From assembly GCA_020429915.1 (NCBI GenBank), contig JAGQKV010000018.1, positions 69,770-133,769 on the forward strand: a stretch of 64,000 nt of DNA, given 5' to 3'. Origin of the DNA: Candidatus Omnitrophota bacterium (lineage in GTDB: Bacteria; Omnitrophota; Gorgyraeia; Zapsychrales; Zapsychraceae). The notes under the pieces were generated by a model. It had not been told where the DNA came from. It worked only from the letters and a program-made list of their open reading frames with translations, and did not search any database. The translations under genes and the position numbers were made by a program. Position 1 is the first letter of the stretch. Each line of letters opens with the position of its first letter. Of this stretch, positions 45,701 through 53,601 are shown piece by piece.

Positions 45701-48194
45701 TGCGATAAGTCAACTCCTCATGCAGGAAGAGTGTATCGGCGGGCACATCCATCTGCCGGAAAAGTTCATCGTTGGGTAAAATCAGCCCCTGCCTTTTCAT
45801 GATGAAAGGGATAAACACTTCCTTGGCCGTGTCGACCAGCGGCTGCAGCGCTTCGACGCGGGTATTGGATGCGTCCAGCAGTTGGACGGCCTCCATAAAT
45901 CCGTTCATCAAGGCGATCTGGTGTATCGGCTGACCTTCCACGATCTTGCGGGCCAAGGCCCGCACCGCGGTGTGTGTGCTTTCGTCGATCTCGATCTTAT
46001 CGCGGGATACCGTCAACTTAGTCGTCGAGGGCAGCTGAATGATCATCTCCCGCGGAAGTCCGTAGCCTTCAATTTCAGTGGCTTGAATATTAATCCCGCC
46101 AACCTGGAACACGACCCGCGTGTTGGACCGTTGCGCGGCCGACTGCGGCCCCTTGTAAAATACATGCACTTCCCGTCCGATCTCATCGGACGACTGGACC
46201 CGGGCGAAATCCTGATTCTCACCGCGACGCGGGATCAGGTACTTGTCCAATATGACACTGTCGCTCATACCGGATCCGCTGTCCTCCACGACAATCTGGT
46301 TCGTTCCGATTTGCACCCGCACTTCGGCGTTGGGGACATCATAGCGGACCTTGTCCCCGTTTAGAAATATATGATCGTCCAGCGGATTGATCATGATGCC
46401 GTTCAGTATGACCGGCATTTTGGTGAAAAGGTTGGTCCGTTCTTTAACGAAGGCGGTAATCAGCTCGCGGGTCGGGGCATCGAGTCCGCCGGGAAAGATA
46501 ATCCGCACGGCCGTTCCCGGGGTCGTCCGGGTACCGGCCAGAATGTTGAACTTGACATGTCCGTCCTCTCCCTTGAAAAACTGGATTTGACGGGCCGCTC
46601 CGTCAGACGTCTTGGTATCGACAACCACATGCGCCCCGGCACTCAACGCCGCATTGTTCTCATCAAGGACAAAGGCCAGCATCTGCAGGGCCCCCACCCC
46701 GAACCGGCCGATCGAAGTCGCACGGCCGGTGATCGCGTCGGCGGCGTTAGCGATCAGTTCCAAAACCGACTGCTGGATCGGCGCCTGGCGGGTGATCAGA
46801 AAATCGATCTTGGCCGGTTCGCGAGTGTCGCGTCCGGCGTTAACCAAGGACTGGAAGAGTTCCGGTTCCCCCACCGCGGGCAATGCATTGCGCCCTTGTT
46901 CGGCCCCCGATAGGAACAGTTTGCGGTACGTAATGAAATCACCCAAATCGACGGCGCTGGTGGTACTGAGAATGGCGGCGTCCCGCAGCGGTTGGGAAAC
47001 TTCCTCCGGTCTGACCGGATTCATATTGGTCGGCAGCGTCAACAGACTACCCCGCGTATCTGCCTGGGCCGCGAGGACCGCCCGGTCCGCGTTGACCTCC
47101 TCCACTTCCAGGACATCCGAGAATATATCCGCACCGAACCGCATCCCGCCGGAAAAGTATTTGCGCGGAATGACTTCCTGCAAGTCAGGATCAAATTCCT
47201 CGCGCACGAAATTGTACACACCTGTCCGGAAGGCCTCCAGGTATTGCCGGTAAATCCGCTCCTTGGCCGTCTTCTCGTCGATATCGATACCGTTAATCTT
47301 GTTTTCCCCGACATACACCTTCGCCAGGTAACTTTCGCGCAGATTTTGTTTAAACCATGTGGCCAGGATCAGCGAATGATAAATTTGTCGTAACGGGGCA
47401 AAATGTTCCCCTTTGTTGACTTCCTCCTCGATGACCGGAATCAGGACTTCTTTGATCATCTGCTCCGAAACATCCCGCATCTGCTCACTGCGTCCGCGCG
47501 CGGCCTCCTGTTCCCCGGGCTGATGTTCCAGCGCGTTATTCGCCAGGGCGAGATAGTCCTTTTCCATCATCACCTTCAGCCGGCTCTCCACGATAAAAGC
47601 CACGTCACCGCTGCGGTAGATCTTGGCCTTCTCAGGAACCACCCAAACCTTATTAAAAGTATCCACGGAGATATCGGTGTTGCCGAAGAGTTGCTGGGAT
47701 TTCCGATAAACACGGTCCCAGAAATCCTTGCCCAGCTTCTCCTCCGGATACATTATTGAGGCTGTCAGTTGTTTGAGAATATAGTCCTGCGCGAGCAGGT
47801 CTCGGCCCATGTCCGTGATGCCGAAGTTGTCGGGAATGATGCGGTCTTTTTCGTACGGCGAGAGATTCACCCACAACTCGTCATCCGGCACGGTGAGGGC
47901 GGTCAGAAAATACTTGATCAAAGTGGCGGCTTGCGGTTTAAGCGTGTCGGGGTCGGACTCGGCTGACCCGGTGTCCACGATGAAGTCAAACTGGAGCGGG
48001 TTGTCGGGATGAACGCGGATTCCCTTGACGATGACAGGATCGTACTCGGCGGAAGGGCGCACCATAGAGCCGGGCGCAGGAAGGGTTAGGCTTACGCTTT
48101 CCGAAGGAGTTTGAGCCAAGGCCGGAGCGGTCTGTTGTACCGCCAGCATAACGGCCAGTAATGTCGATAAAATGCGCCGCATAGAAATCCTCAA
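39792..48194 (-). CDS. giant secreted multidomain protein (2800 aa): two GHKL/Hsp90-sacsin-like ATPase motifs, PD40/WD40 beta-propeller repeats, HExxH motif
   Basis: Single uninterrupted ORF; signal peptide MRISMRRILSTLLAVMLAVQQTAPALAQTP; Bergerat N-box ELIANAADA + GRFGVGALQ..EDSGSGMS (aa ~478-645); blades ending VRMWD, IKIWN, IRIRN, LEVWD, EIWDL, TQVWD, MRIWD with TPDGKRL/SSDGRF/SNDGRF PD40-like motifs (aa ~1235-1960); second GHKL QNARDA..DRGTGMN..GNLGQGNYTLFADFDRVFIRT (aa ~2085-2180); FHESQHLPQFEEPGDHTHHDD (aa ~2624-2645). Confidence 0.75.
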   Translation of the reverse strand: MRISMRRILSTLLAVMLAVQQTAPALAQTPSESVSLTLPAPGSMVRPSAEYDPVIVKGIRVHPDNPLQFDFIVDTGSAESDPDTLKPQAATLIKYFLTALTVPDDELWVNLSPYEKDRIIPDNFGITDMGRDLLAQDYILKQLTASIMYPEEKLGKDFWDRVYRKSQQLFGNTDISVDTFNKVWVVPEKAKIYRSGDVAFIVESRLKVMMEKDYLALANNALEHQPGEQEAARGRSEQMRDVSEQMIKEVLIPVIEEEVNKGEHFAPLRQIYHSLILATWFKQNLRESYLAKVYVGENKINGIDIDEKTAKERIYRQYLEAFRTGVYNFVREEFDPDLQEVIPRKYFSGGMRFGADIFSDVLEVEEVNADRAVLAAQADTRGSLLTLPTNMNPVRPEEVSQPLRDAAILSTTSAVDLGDFITYRKLFLSGAEQGRNALPAVGEPELFQSLVNAGRDTREPAKIDFLITRQAPIQQSVLELIANAADAITGRATSIGRFGVGALQMLAFVLDENNAALSAGAHVVVDTKTSDGAARQIQFFKGEDGHVKFNILAGTRTTPGTAVRIIFPGGLDAPTRELITAFVKERTNLFTKMPVILNGIMINPLDDHIFLNGDKVRYDVPNAEVRVQIGTNQIVVEDSGSGMSDSVILDKYLIPRRGENQDFARVQSSDEIGREVHVFYKGPQSAAQRSNTRVVFQVGGINIQATEIEGYGLPREMIIQLPSTTKLTVSRDKIEIDESTHTAVRALARKIVEGQPIHQIALMNGFMEAVQLLDASNTRVEALQPLVDTAKEVFIPFIMKRQGLILPNDELFRQMDVPADTLFLHEELTYRISPDQIPGAESLEKSFRPGRFSKAYVVPFKTGADVTFLEAGPYLLINRAVYEKYKYQPMLLNLRLNYYRGYGRRQSPRGTILQPTAEAAEQPEAADVLPMLDEFKELSAVVNAGQASWLQRYFKQRSEPTLAELYEQIQRGERRIPNVTLEDIQRFEALSRQIGRGDTDKAILSDEERRWETMKTKFISVNKEVDASEERVRQLFARLNAFVAAVPENMRDSVEWRWIIPLEGNSGALFENLLENLERILPPDTEFLSVNAAYFLNRDHPQRLQRYLGNLLLGAGLVEQASDADFHRVLSQLDEMGLEAVDAEVVETVGRIFRNRNLESMEEAFAAINEAVPYVSGDGIKRVISRWLRIYDQDPKAAQSFADRLGQVYATQEDLGPAVTNFQLARTTQFSAATVTPDGKRLISIDGETLTVSDPSTGRPLLSVSDPRLATVRSRDQMEIAPGGQYLYTTVRGTGIVKWNLADGTVATEFENSQIVLSMKANPSGNVLVTHTFDGAVRMWDARTGTLLNVLVADTGRRADIVFAQANADHEEQILVMTADSSIWQFDLTGNTMNRISGTRESLPSTSRQLLTTPDGRFAIRIGEEVTVLPLFAGGEIKHMRGWGSSRNVATLTPDGKRLVLPMTDIMAGTHEIGVFDVATLDAVDVYEGHTDTVDYLGVTGDGRQLVSLGSDSKIKIWNLRPPEGEDTGFDATDKPEQVLDLADQRAQTTFVGPKGEWIITASHSEDEDADLLHVYRPMDLVQPLTELLAERDGQQNYLGSADKDHIATADADGAIRIRNVRTGEISAMIHGSEIEVSNIRSVKFIEDAIAIHSKDNTLEVWDRNTSLLRHSVGPELMQYSSDGKYYIEAGADILLRSTHDQRVRSRFSAEQIPRFLTDAGGKTLVFVTDRGTRDTVIFDVDGNAGSYVIPAEISVNDNFRLSSDGRFMMLPSRMNVSRWEIWDLKERRQVKLLDGVLRAEILPNVPVAVVERSDKPHVQVVDLETGIAENDFDTGPPLMEEMRSVFPWRVSNDGRFLLYTTTDMSTQVWDLFDNRLAHTVEDGHWAIKISPDNKYIIMVNTAMDQLSIRDIATGEIIHEWQPHDGTMEAFDITAAEGLISTTGSDGVMRIWDMEDLINPTERRTGFAALNPRDRLDGLPGLLRAVVRFLREEDVTLLEEEEATPRNPAWRVTDRLSEPVSLALLNNLYETFSRTIQENPDIGFTEFLAMVEQLRGRNLEDYVGIIRSAIEGQDKTQRAWVREIAVQNARDATRRAREENTLAVTDGDIEIRNFMEGNDWVFAVRDRGTGMNLFHLIRYFFPLDQSSKDYLTDTGNLGQGNYTLFADFDRVFIRTSTGDGVIHELQIVPDARRGPVIESWEVLSGVERGTEIRRIKNNQKSDPQLESLFIQEALQRFAGGITSPEQRANRDEAPNVRDVRINYNGETFTDEIDTVAVTSMGEQWGEVSVGRADERFKKRVMQDGIFIKEPDQKELRFVPTWLLAAFERRGGLHIALPRSIQLNIPRTGYSQEHKFIKELQLTVLHNILKTVLRDYVDDGRKIPGMPADYFDNFRKIERADAQDLVRKMYTGRYGEIDEQVLSEYLETPTRLFALLSYLPFESDAYSGEMTLHEIRERFIERSQIRARTAGAVQIDERTRLKSDFKPRGEFAADLEESIGNLSDYAAGITGGRLQGFISAAQSRRLDPAEVWDRLPAGGRLFLDYLIRRFLQPVVGEDMPAVEFYNRLDSASASSGVGGMRWNLAYNERVFAQLLALRNNPEQLEVFLSSAEAGNELWNFLETLFHESQHLPQFEEPGDHTHHDDTDIEGLDPRNDQRFGIRMGRAIDAFLTGLTGDFTAEFTRSTEEMEVFIREVDTAARQRKQQPGSDSAVLSQPSREVGGIDLNPNRIDLEVSGDNGVTAIPLDTTTLDSIPVEGFYPVILNVLPTNLPLLLGANTELPEDDSEPQLISALREEDTLL

Positions 48195-48355
48195 AACGGG
48201 AACAACGCGATCGGGGAAGCTTTTTAAGTATAGTATAAATACTATAATTGGTCAAAATATCATTACTCAATCAAAGCGGGTGTGTAACGGGCCAGGAGTA
48301 TAGCCACAAGCCTTTTTCTTACAATATGTTATGTGCCTACCGGTGAGATGGCTTA

Positions 48356-49480
48356 TCAGGAGTGATAAAGTTCAAGATAACGGGCGGCCATGGAGGAAAT
48401 GGAGAAATCTTTTTGCACATGGAGACGGGACTGGACGCCCATCTCTTTGGGGAGGGTCTTTATGGCGTTTAGGCGCATGATGGCCGAATCGATGCGTTCG
48501 GGAAATCCGCACGGCACCAGATAACCGGTCTGCCGCTCGAGAATCACTTCGGCATTGGCACCGATCTTGGTGGCGATGACCGGCGTCCCGGAGGCCATTG
48601 CCTCCAGCAGCGTGAACGGATAGGCCTCTTTGTGCGCACAGTGCACCAGGACATCGAAGAGTTGCAGAAACTCAACCCGCGACAGACGCCCGGCGAGGAA
48701 ATGCACGCGATCAGCGACCTTGTAAAGCTGAGCCTTTTTTTCCAAATCTTTGCGCAGCGGCCCTTCACCCGTAAAGATCAACTCCGCGTTCATCCCCTTG
48801 GCGCGCAGCTTGCGAAACGCCTTGAGCAGCGAAGCCTGGTCCTCCTCCTTCACCAGTGCCCCCGTATTTCCGAGGATAAAAGAATCCGCCTGCAAGCCGA
48901 GCTTTTCGCGGTTAACGTTTTCGGCATTGATTCCGAAATTCTGCATATACATCTGCTCGTCGATCCCGTCGTAGATGATCTTCATTTTCCTGTCCTGCAG
49001 GTATTGTTCCTTAAACAGCTTGCGCTGGACGAATTCGGAGGTGGTGACAATGTGATTGTTCAACGCGCGGACATAGCGCGACAGCGGTTTGGCGGTCAGC
49101 CAGTGACAGGAAAATATAGATTTGGCGCGGCCGATCTTGGCCGCGATCGCCGCATGGACGGCAATTTCGGGGCTGTGCGCGTGGACGATGTTAAAACCAT
49201 GGGAGCGGATAAACTTCCCTAGCTTGAACATCAACCGGATATCCGGCCCTTCGGCCTTGGTGTAGGTGTAGACGTTGATTCCGCGGATCTTCAAGACGTG
49301 GGCGATGTCGGTCTCGCGGACGACGTGAATAATCTCGGCCTCCGCCCCCTGTTCCTGCTGCTTGTAGATCAGAGCGGCAATGAGATCTTTCAGATCGGAG
49401 CGTGTGATGGAGTAGGCAATATGCGCGATTTTGTCCATGGCTGTCGGGTCCTGTTCCCCGGGGAACACACCTGCCAGCAA
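48356..49480 (-). CDS. glycosyltransferase family 4
   Basis: 374 aa (alternative ATG at 49438); ..KEAYPFTLLEAMASGTPVIATKIGANAEVILERQTGYLVP.. Confidence 0.75.
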   Translation of the reverse strand: MLAGVFPGEQDPTAMDKIAHIAYSITRSDLKDLIAALIYKQQEQGAEAEIIHVVRETDIAHVLKIRGINVYTYTKAEGPDIRLMFKLGKFIRSHGFNIVHAHSPEIAVHAAIAAKIGRAKSIFSCHWLTAKPLSRYVRALNNHIVTTSEFVQRKLFKEQYLQDRKMKIIYDGIDEQMYMQNFGINAENVNREKLGLQADSFILGNTGALVKEEDQASLLKAFRKLRAKGMNAELIFTGEGPLRKDLEKKAQLYKVADRVHFLAGRLSRVEFLQLFDVLVHCAHKEAYPFTLLEAMASGTPVIATKIGANAEVILERQTGYLVPCGFPERIDSAIMRLNAIKTLPKEMGVQSRLHVQKDFSISSMAARYLELYHS

Positions 49481-49483
49481 CGG

Positions 49484-50164
49484 TTACGCGTCAGGCAGGT
49501 ATTGTTGATGTTCGCGAATAAACTGGGCGGTATGTGCGGCCTCCACCCCGCCCGCCAGCACGTGGCCGCGGAACTTGAGCAGGGCCGCGATGGTATCGAT
49601 ATCTTCTTTCTCGGATAACAACGATACATTATGCTCGATTTGACGGACTTTTTCAAGCGTCTTGCTCAAAACCGTTGGTGTTCCCCAGTCGATATCCGCA
49701 AACGGCTCCGGCCGCAGGACATTCATGCCGATCAGATAGTATCCTCCGTCCGCCGAGGGCCCGACGCAATATTCCGTCCGTTCCAAATCAGCAAAAGCCT
49801 GCTTGATATCAACCCCTGTCACCTCCAGACAATCCGTTCCGATAATCGATACCCGACGGTAACCCAGGGCAAAGCAGTCGCCGGCAGCCCGGTACATCCG
49901 TGCGCCGAGGTCTTCTCCCTGCTGCGGGACGACCGGACACCGCGCGCGGAATTCCGATAAAAACGGCGGGTCGGCGTCGTCATCGGCAAAATAGAGGAAC
50001 GGGGACCAGTCGCCCGGCCGCAACGCCAGCGTCATCACGTCCTGAATAAAGGCGCGGTACAATCCGGTCACGAATCCCGTGTCAAGATCCGTCAAAAGCC
50101 GGGTCTTAACCTTGCCGGGTTTCGGTTCCCGGGCGAAGATGATCAACGCGTTGGAATGGGTCAT
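49484..50164 (-). CDS. DUF2064 family protein (TIGR04282-like nucleotidyltransferase-fold protein)
   Basis: ORF track start 50260 overlaps upstream GT2 by 155 nt; ATG at 50164 gives MTHSNALIIFAREPKPGKVKTRL.. characteristic of DUF2064. Confidence 0.55.
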   Translation of the reverse strand: MTHSNALIIFAREPKPGKVKTRLLTDLDTGFVTGLYRAFIQDVMTLALRPGDWSPFLYFADDDADPPFLSEFRARCPVVPQQGEDLGARMYRAAGDCFALGYRRVSIIGTDCLEVTGVDIKQAFADLERTEYCVGPSADGGYYLIGMNVLRPEPFADIDWGTPTVLSKTLEKVRQIEHNVSLLSEKEDIDTIAALLKFRGHVLAGGVEAAHTAQFIREHQQYLPDA

Positions 50165-50822
50165 AATTTTGATAACGGTCTTTGAAAAAAGGGATGCCGG
50201 TCCACAGCTGAAGATAGGCCAGTGAATACTGTCCGAAGGTGGCCATGAATCCGCGTTCATCCCACTTGCGGGCGGAAACCTCTATCCGGGAATTCAATAC
50301 GGTGATGGGATAATGCCGGCGCAACCGTTTGGAAAACACGATGTCGTCCATGATGATCAAACGGTCGAATCCGTGCAGCGCCTCGAAGACGTCACGCCGG
50401 ATGAACATACCGAGATCCGCATCAATGATGCCGTGACGGACGGCCCGGTGATTGACGACCCACTCATACAGCCGGAACATGGCTCCGGGGTGACGGATGT
50501 GCATGGTGTAACAGCCGGCCTGCGCGCCGTGACGGAAGGCGTCGGCGGTTTGGTGGATCATTTCTTCGGATATGAAGGAATCGACATTCAAAAACAACAG
50601 GAAATCGCCGTCGGTGACCTGCACGCCGTAGTTTTTCTGGTAGGCGCGACCCGGGCGGGTTTGCAGCACCTCGCCGAAGCGGCGGGCGCGCGTCACGGTC
50701 ATGTCGATACTTCCTCCGTCGACAAATACCAGGTTGGCGTTCCGGCCGAGCATCCGGTAATACGTCTGCCGTTCGTCCAGGATCATTTCTTCGTTCAGTA
50801 CGGGAATGATGATATCCAGCAT
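50106..50822 (-). CDS. glycosyltransferase family 2 (TIGR04283-like)
   Basis: Probable start MLDIIIPVLNEEMIL (track start 50852); ..LVFVDGGSIDMT.. ..FLNVDSF..; still overlaps DUF2064 gene start. Confidence 0.65.
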   Translation of the reverse strand: MLDIIIPVLNEEMILDERQTYYRMLGRNANLVFVDGGSIDMTVTRARRFGEVLQTRPGRAYQKNYGVQVTDGDFLLFLNVDSFISEEMIHQTADAFRHGAQAGCYTMHIRHPGAMFRLYEWVVNHRAVRHGIIDADLGMFIRRDVFEALHGFDRLIIMDDIVFSKRLRRHYPITVLNSRIEVSARKWDERGFMATFGQYSLAYLQLWTGIPFFKDRYQNYDPFQRVDHLRPGTETRQG

Positions 50823-50829
50823 ACGGGCG

Positions 50830-51879
50830 TCAGCAACACCCTCCGGCGGCATCTTCCTCGGCGGTGATCATCGGCGTCTCCCCGCAGCCGGCGAACAAAC
50901 CGAAGTGCTCTGAGGTATCCCCGTGGATGTCGAAGTGCTTGTGCAGCCGGGTGTCCTGCAGCATGAAGGCTGTGTTCGAACAGACCGGCAGCGGCCGGTT
51001 GCGTTCAAAGACATGATGATTGTCGAGCATAAAACGGTGCCGGCTCTCGGGGATTGTCCCTTTGTAGACCGCGGACTGGCCGTAATCTTCACAGGCCGTC
51101 TCCAGTTGCGGCAATTTGAATAAACGGTAGGTGATGGAATTGAAATTGGCGAAACCGATCTTGTCGATCGTCTCGGGATCAAGGAGATCGATTTTCGAGT
51201 TGGCAAAGACCCGCGGATCGATAAAACCGATGCGGTTGGCCAGCCGTTCGAAATCTTTCCAGTACAGCGCACCGCCCAGGCATTCGCCCAGCAGGACCTG
51301 ATCTTCCTTGGCCCAAGCGGGCAGGCGCCGGTCGACGTAAACGTCGGAAAAGAAGAATTCGCCGCCTTCTTTGAGGACTCGGTAGACTTCACCCAGCACC
51401 GCTTCTTTGTCCGGGGAGAGATTGACCACGCAATTGGAGACGACGATATCGAAATAATCGTCCGGCAAGCCGAGCGATTCGAGGTCTTCGATGTACCCCT
51501 TAATGAAGCGCACGTTGGGTTTTTGAAAACCGAACTTTTCCATCTGCACGGGAAGGTACTTGCTACCCACCTCAAGCTGTTCGTCGGTCATATCAATGCC
51601 GACGACCTCTCCCTCCTGCCCCACGAAGAAAGACAAAACAAAGCAGTCGCGTCCGGTACCGCAACCAAGGTCCAGCACCTTCATGCCCTCGAGCACAAGC
51701 GGGAACGGTGCGCCGCAGCCGTAAAACTTGGTCTGAATCTCATCCTCGATCAGCTTCAACGGTTCGCGGACATAATCCGGCACCTTGTCCAAGGCGCAAC
51801 AGGCGCTGGTTTTCAAATCGCGCTTTGTCTGCAGGACCTTACCGTAATACTCGCTCACTTTCTGATGAGTCAACGTGCT
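50830..51879 (-). CDS. AS3MT/ArsM-family SAM-dependent methyltransferase (arsenite methyltransferase homologue)
   Basis: Colinear with animal AS3MT: ..EYYGKVLQTKRDLKTSACCALDKVP..EIQTKFYGCGAP..VLDLGCGTGRDCFVLSFFVG..GIDMTDEQLEVGSKYL..VSNCVVNLSPDKEAVLGEVYRVLKEGGEFFFSDVY..WGECLGGALYWKDF.. and C-terminal ..AAGGCC; start at MSTLTHQ (51879), MKERP (51897) or 51957. Confidence 0.8.
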   Translation of the reverse strand, partial: STLTHQKVSEYYGKVLQTKRDLKTSACCALDKVPDYVREPLKLIEDEIQTKFYGCGAPFPLVLEGMKVLDLGCGTGRDCFVLSFFVGQEGEVVGIDMTDEQLEVGSKYLPVQMEKFGFQKPNVRFIKGYIEDLESLGLPDDYFDIVVSNCVVNLSPDKEAVLGEVYRVLKEGGEFFFSDVYVDRRLPAWAKEDQVLLGECLGGALYWKDFERLANRIGFIDPRVFANSKIDLLDPETIDKIGFANFNSITYRLFKLPQLETACEDYGQSAVYKGTIPESRHRFMLDNHHVFERNRPLPVCSNTAFMLQDTRLHKHFDIHGDTSEHFGLFAGCGETPMITAEEDAAGGCC

Positions 51880-52053
51880 CATGGGCCTCTCCTTCATGTT
51901 TGGCCGGACAGGGATGCCACGCTGCCGGGCAGCGTCGACGGCGATATTTGGCGACAAACGTCCCTAGTTTAGCCAATTTCATCGATAGTGTCAAAATTTT
52001 TCCGGACGTAAGGTCCGGACACATCCCGCTAACAGAAGCCCGCGTGCGAATAT

Positions 52054-53601
52054 TCAACGGACCTGTAAATAGTCAGGCCGGCGACGGACTTCCCACACCA
52101 AAACCAGAAAGAACGGCACATAAATAAAATAGCTGAGCGCCGGGATCCCCCACCAAATCCAGTCGACAAATGGATAGACGGATTGAAAGTTCAGATAACT
52201 GAGAATCAATGTCCCGGACAGCAAGATCCAGGAGCGGTAGGGAAACAGGCACAGGAACGGGATACACCAACAAAAGTACCACGGGTCTCCCACGGGATTG
52301 ATGAGGAAGAGTCCGGCCACGGCCAACAGGCAGCGATGCAACCGTTCCGTGGCACCGGCGCACGGCCGGACGCTGAGCCAGAGAATTCCGGCCCCATACA
52401 AGACCGCGGCCACGACTTTCGGCGGGATCAGGGTCCGCACCCAGTCCGCATTCATTTCTTCCATCACCCGGTAGATGACGGCAAACACACTCGAGTTGTA
52501 CGACCACTCCGCATTGTACGTGGACAACCCGCGGAAGATCTCCGTGAAACTAGCGTCATTCCACAACAAAAAAGGAACATAGGCAAAGGCGATCACGGCA
52601 AAAAAAGCCGGTATGCCGCGCCGGCGGCCCGCCCCGGCAAACAGCGGCAGCAAGACTACCGAGAAAAACTTCGACAATGTGGCCAATGCCAGGGCAACGA
52701 ACCCCTTTAATGCGCGATCGGTCACCAGCCAATAGACGGCCAGCAGCGTAAAGAATATGGCCACCGGATCAAAATGTCCCGCATTCGGAAATTCCTTGAG
52801 GACCAGCGGCGACCAGGCATAAATGATCACCATGGCCGGATTCCGTCCGCCGTGGCGCAGCAGCAAGACGGTCAGTGCGATGACGCCCAGATCAAACAGC
52901 ATAAAAATGAATTTCATAAAAATAAAAGAATCCGGCCGCAACCAGCTAATCATCGCGAATACCGCCTGCGCTACTGGCGGATAAATAGTAGGGACCTGCC
53001 AATGACCGATGCGGTCATAAAACAGACGGTTGGCGTCACGCAGCTCGAGCAACCGGTCCAGCCGGGTCATGTCCGCTCTCTCCCGTGTCCGCGCCGAAAG
53101 AACGACGCCGCCGATGTCGTCGTAATAGTCCTCGGTATAATGATATTCATGCATGAAAAGATCGCTGGGCGCGTACTTGTAGGGATTGATCCCGTGAACC
53201 GTCGCTTTACCGTCCCACAGGTAACGGTAAAAATCATTTTCATGAATGGGCTCACCCGGCAGGAGGATCAACCGGAACACAATGGCGAAAGCGAGTACTG
53301 TGCCGAACAGCCACGGATCGGCCTGCGACCGTTCGATGCGCAGCGTCAGATAGGCCACCAGCAGAAAGGCGATGAAAAACACGACCAGAAAGGCCGTGGT
53401 CGGCATGGCGTTATTGTCGACCTGATAGTAAAATCCGTTCTCCATGGCCATGACGGACGACGTAAACAGACCGCCGGTTGCCCGGTCGATGATTTGACAC
53501 CACAGTTTGGGCAGTCCCTTGGACATGGCCGTGACCGATCCCCACAGGCCGCACAGGATCACTCCGATCACGATCAGTTCGGCGCGCAGGCGTCTCAACA
53601 T
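52054..53601 (-). CDS. GT-C fold integral membrane glycosyltransferase (DUF2029 / PIG-M mannosyltransferase-like)
   Basis: 515 aa, ~11-13 TM; first periplasmic loop ..PGEPIHENDFYRYLWDGKATVHGINPYKYAPSDL.. typical of DUF2029/GT87-like enzymes. Confidence 0.5.
   Translation of the reverse strand: MLRRLRAELIVIGVILCGLWGSVTAMSKGLPKLWCQIIDRATGGLFTSSVMAMENGFYYQVDNNAMPTTAFLVVFFIAFLLVAYLTLRIERSQADPWLFGTVLAFAIVFRLILLPGEPIHENDFYRYLWDGKATVHGINPYKYAPSDLFMHEYHYTEDYYDDIGGVVLSARTRERADMTRLDRLLELRDANRLFYDRIGHWQVPTIYPPVAQAVFAMISWLRPDSFIFMKFIFMLFDLGVIALTVLLLRHGGRNPAMVIIYAWSPLVLKEFPNAGHFDPVAIFFTLLAVYWLVTDRALKGFVALALATLSKFFSVVLLPLFAGAGRRRGIPAFFAVIAFAYVPFLLWNDASFTEIFRGLSTYNAEWSYNSSVFAVIYRVMEEMNADWVRTLIPPKVVAAVLYGAGILWLSVRPCAGATERLHRCLLAVAGLFLINPVGDPWYFCWCIPFLCLFPYRSWILLSGTLILSYLNFQSVYPFVDWIWWGIPALSYFIYVPFFLVLVWEVRRRPDYLQVR

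Noticed and set aside
44526-45779. Long plus-strand ORFs antisense to real genes (e.g. 44526..45779 417 aa, 20680..21963 427 aa, 15853..16992 379 aa, 4123..5232 369 aa, 52774..53748 324 aa, 31684..32694 336 aa, 6731..7651, 7618..8403, 8745..9587, 34585..35394, 36890..37597, 61584..62282 and similar)
   Set aside because: All lie opposite well-supported minus-strand genes. Their translations are Arg/Gly/Pro/His/Asp-rich low-complexity strings without motifs. This is the expected artefact of stop-codon-poor antisense frames in ~60% GC DNA.
50868-51575. Same-strand alternative-frame ORFs (50868..51575, 52073..52507, 25592..25972, 25570..25812, 568..816, 1314..1583, 9364..9663)
   Set aside because: They overlap better-supported frames (AS3MT-like MT, GT-C protein, GT4) and have Arg/Ser/Pro-rich, motif-free translations.
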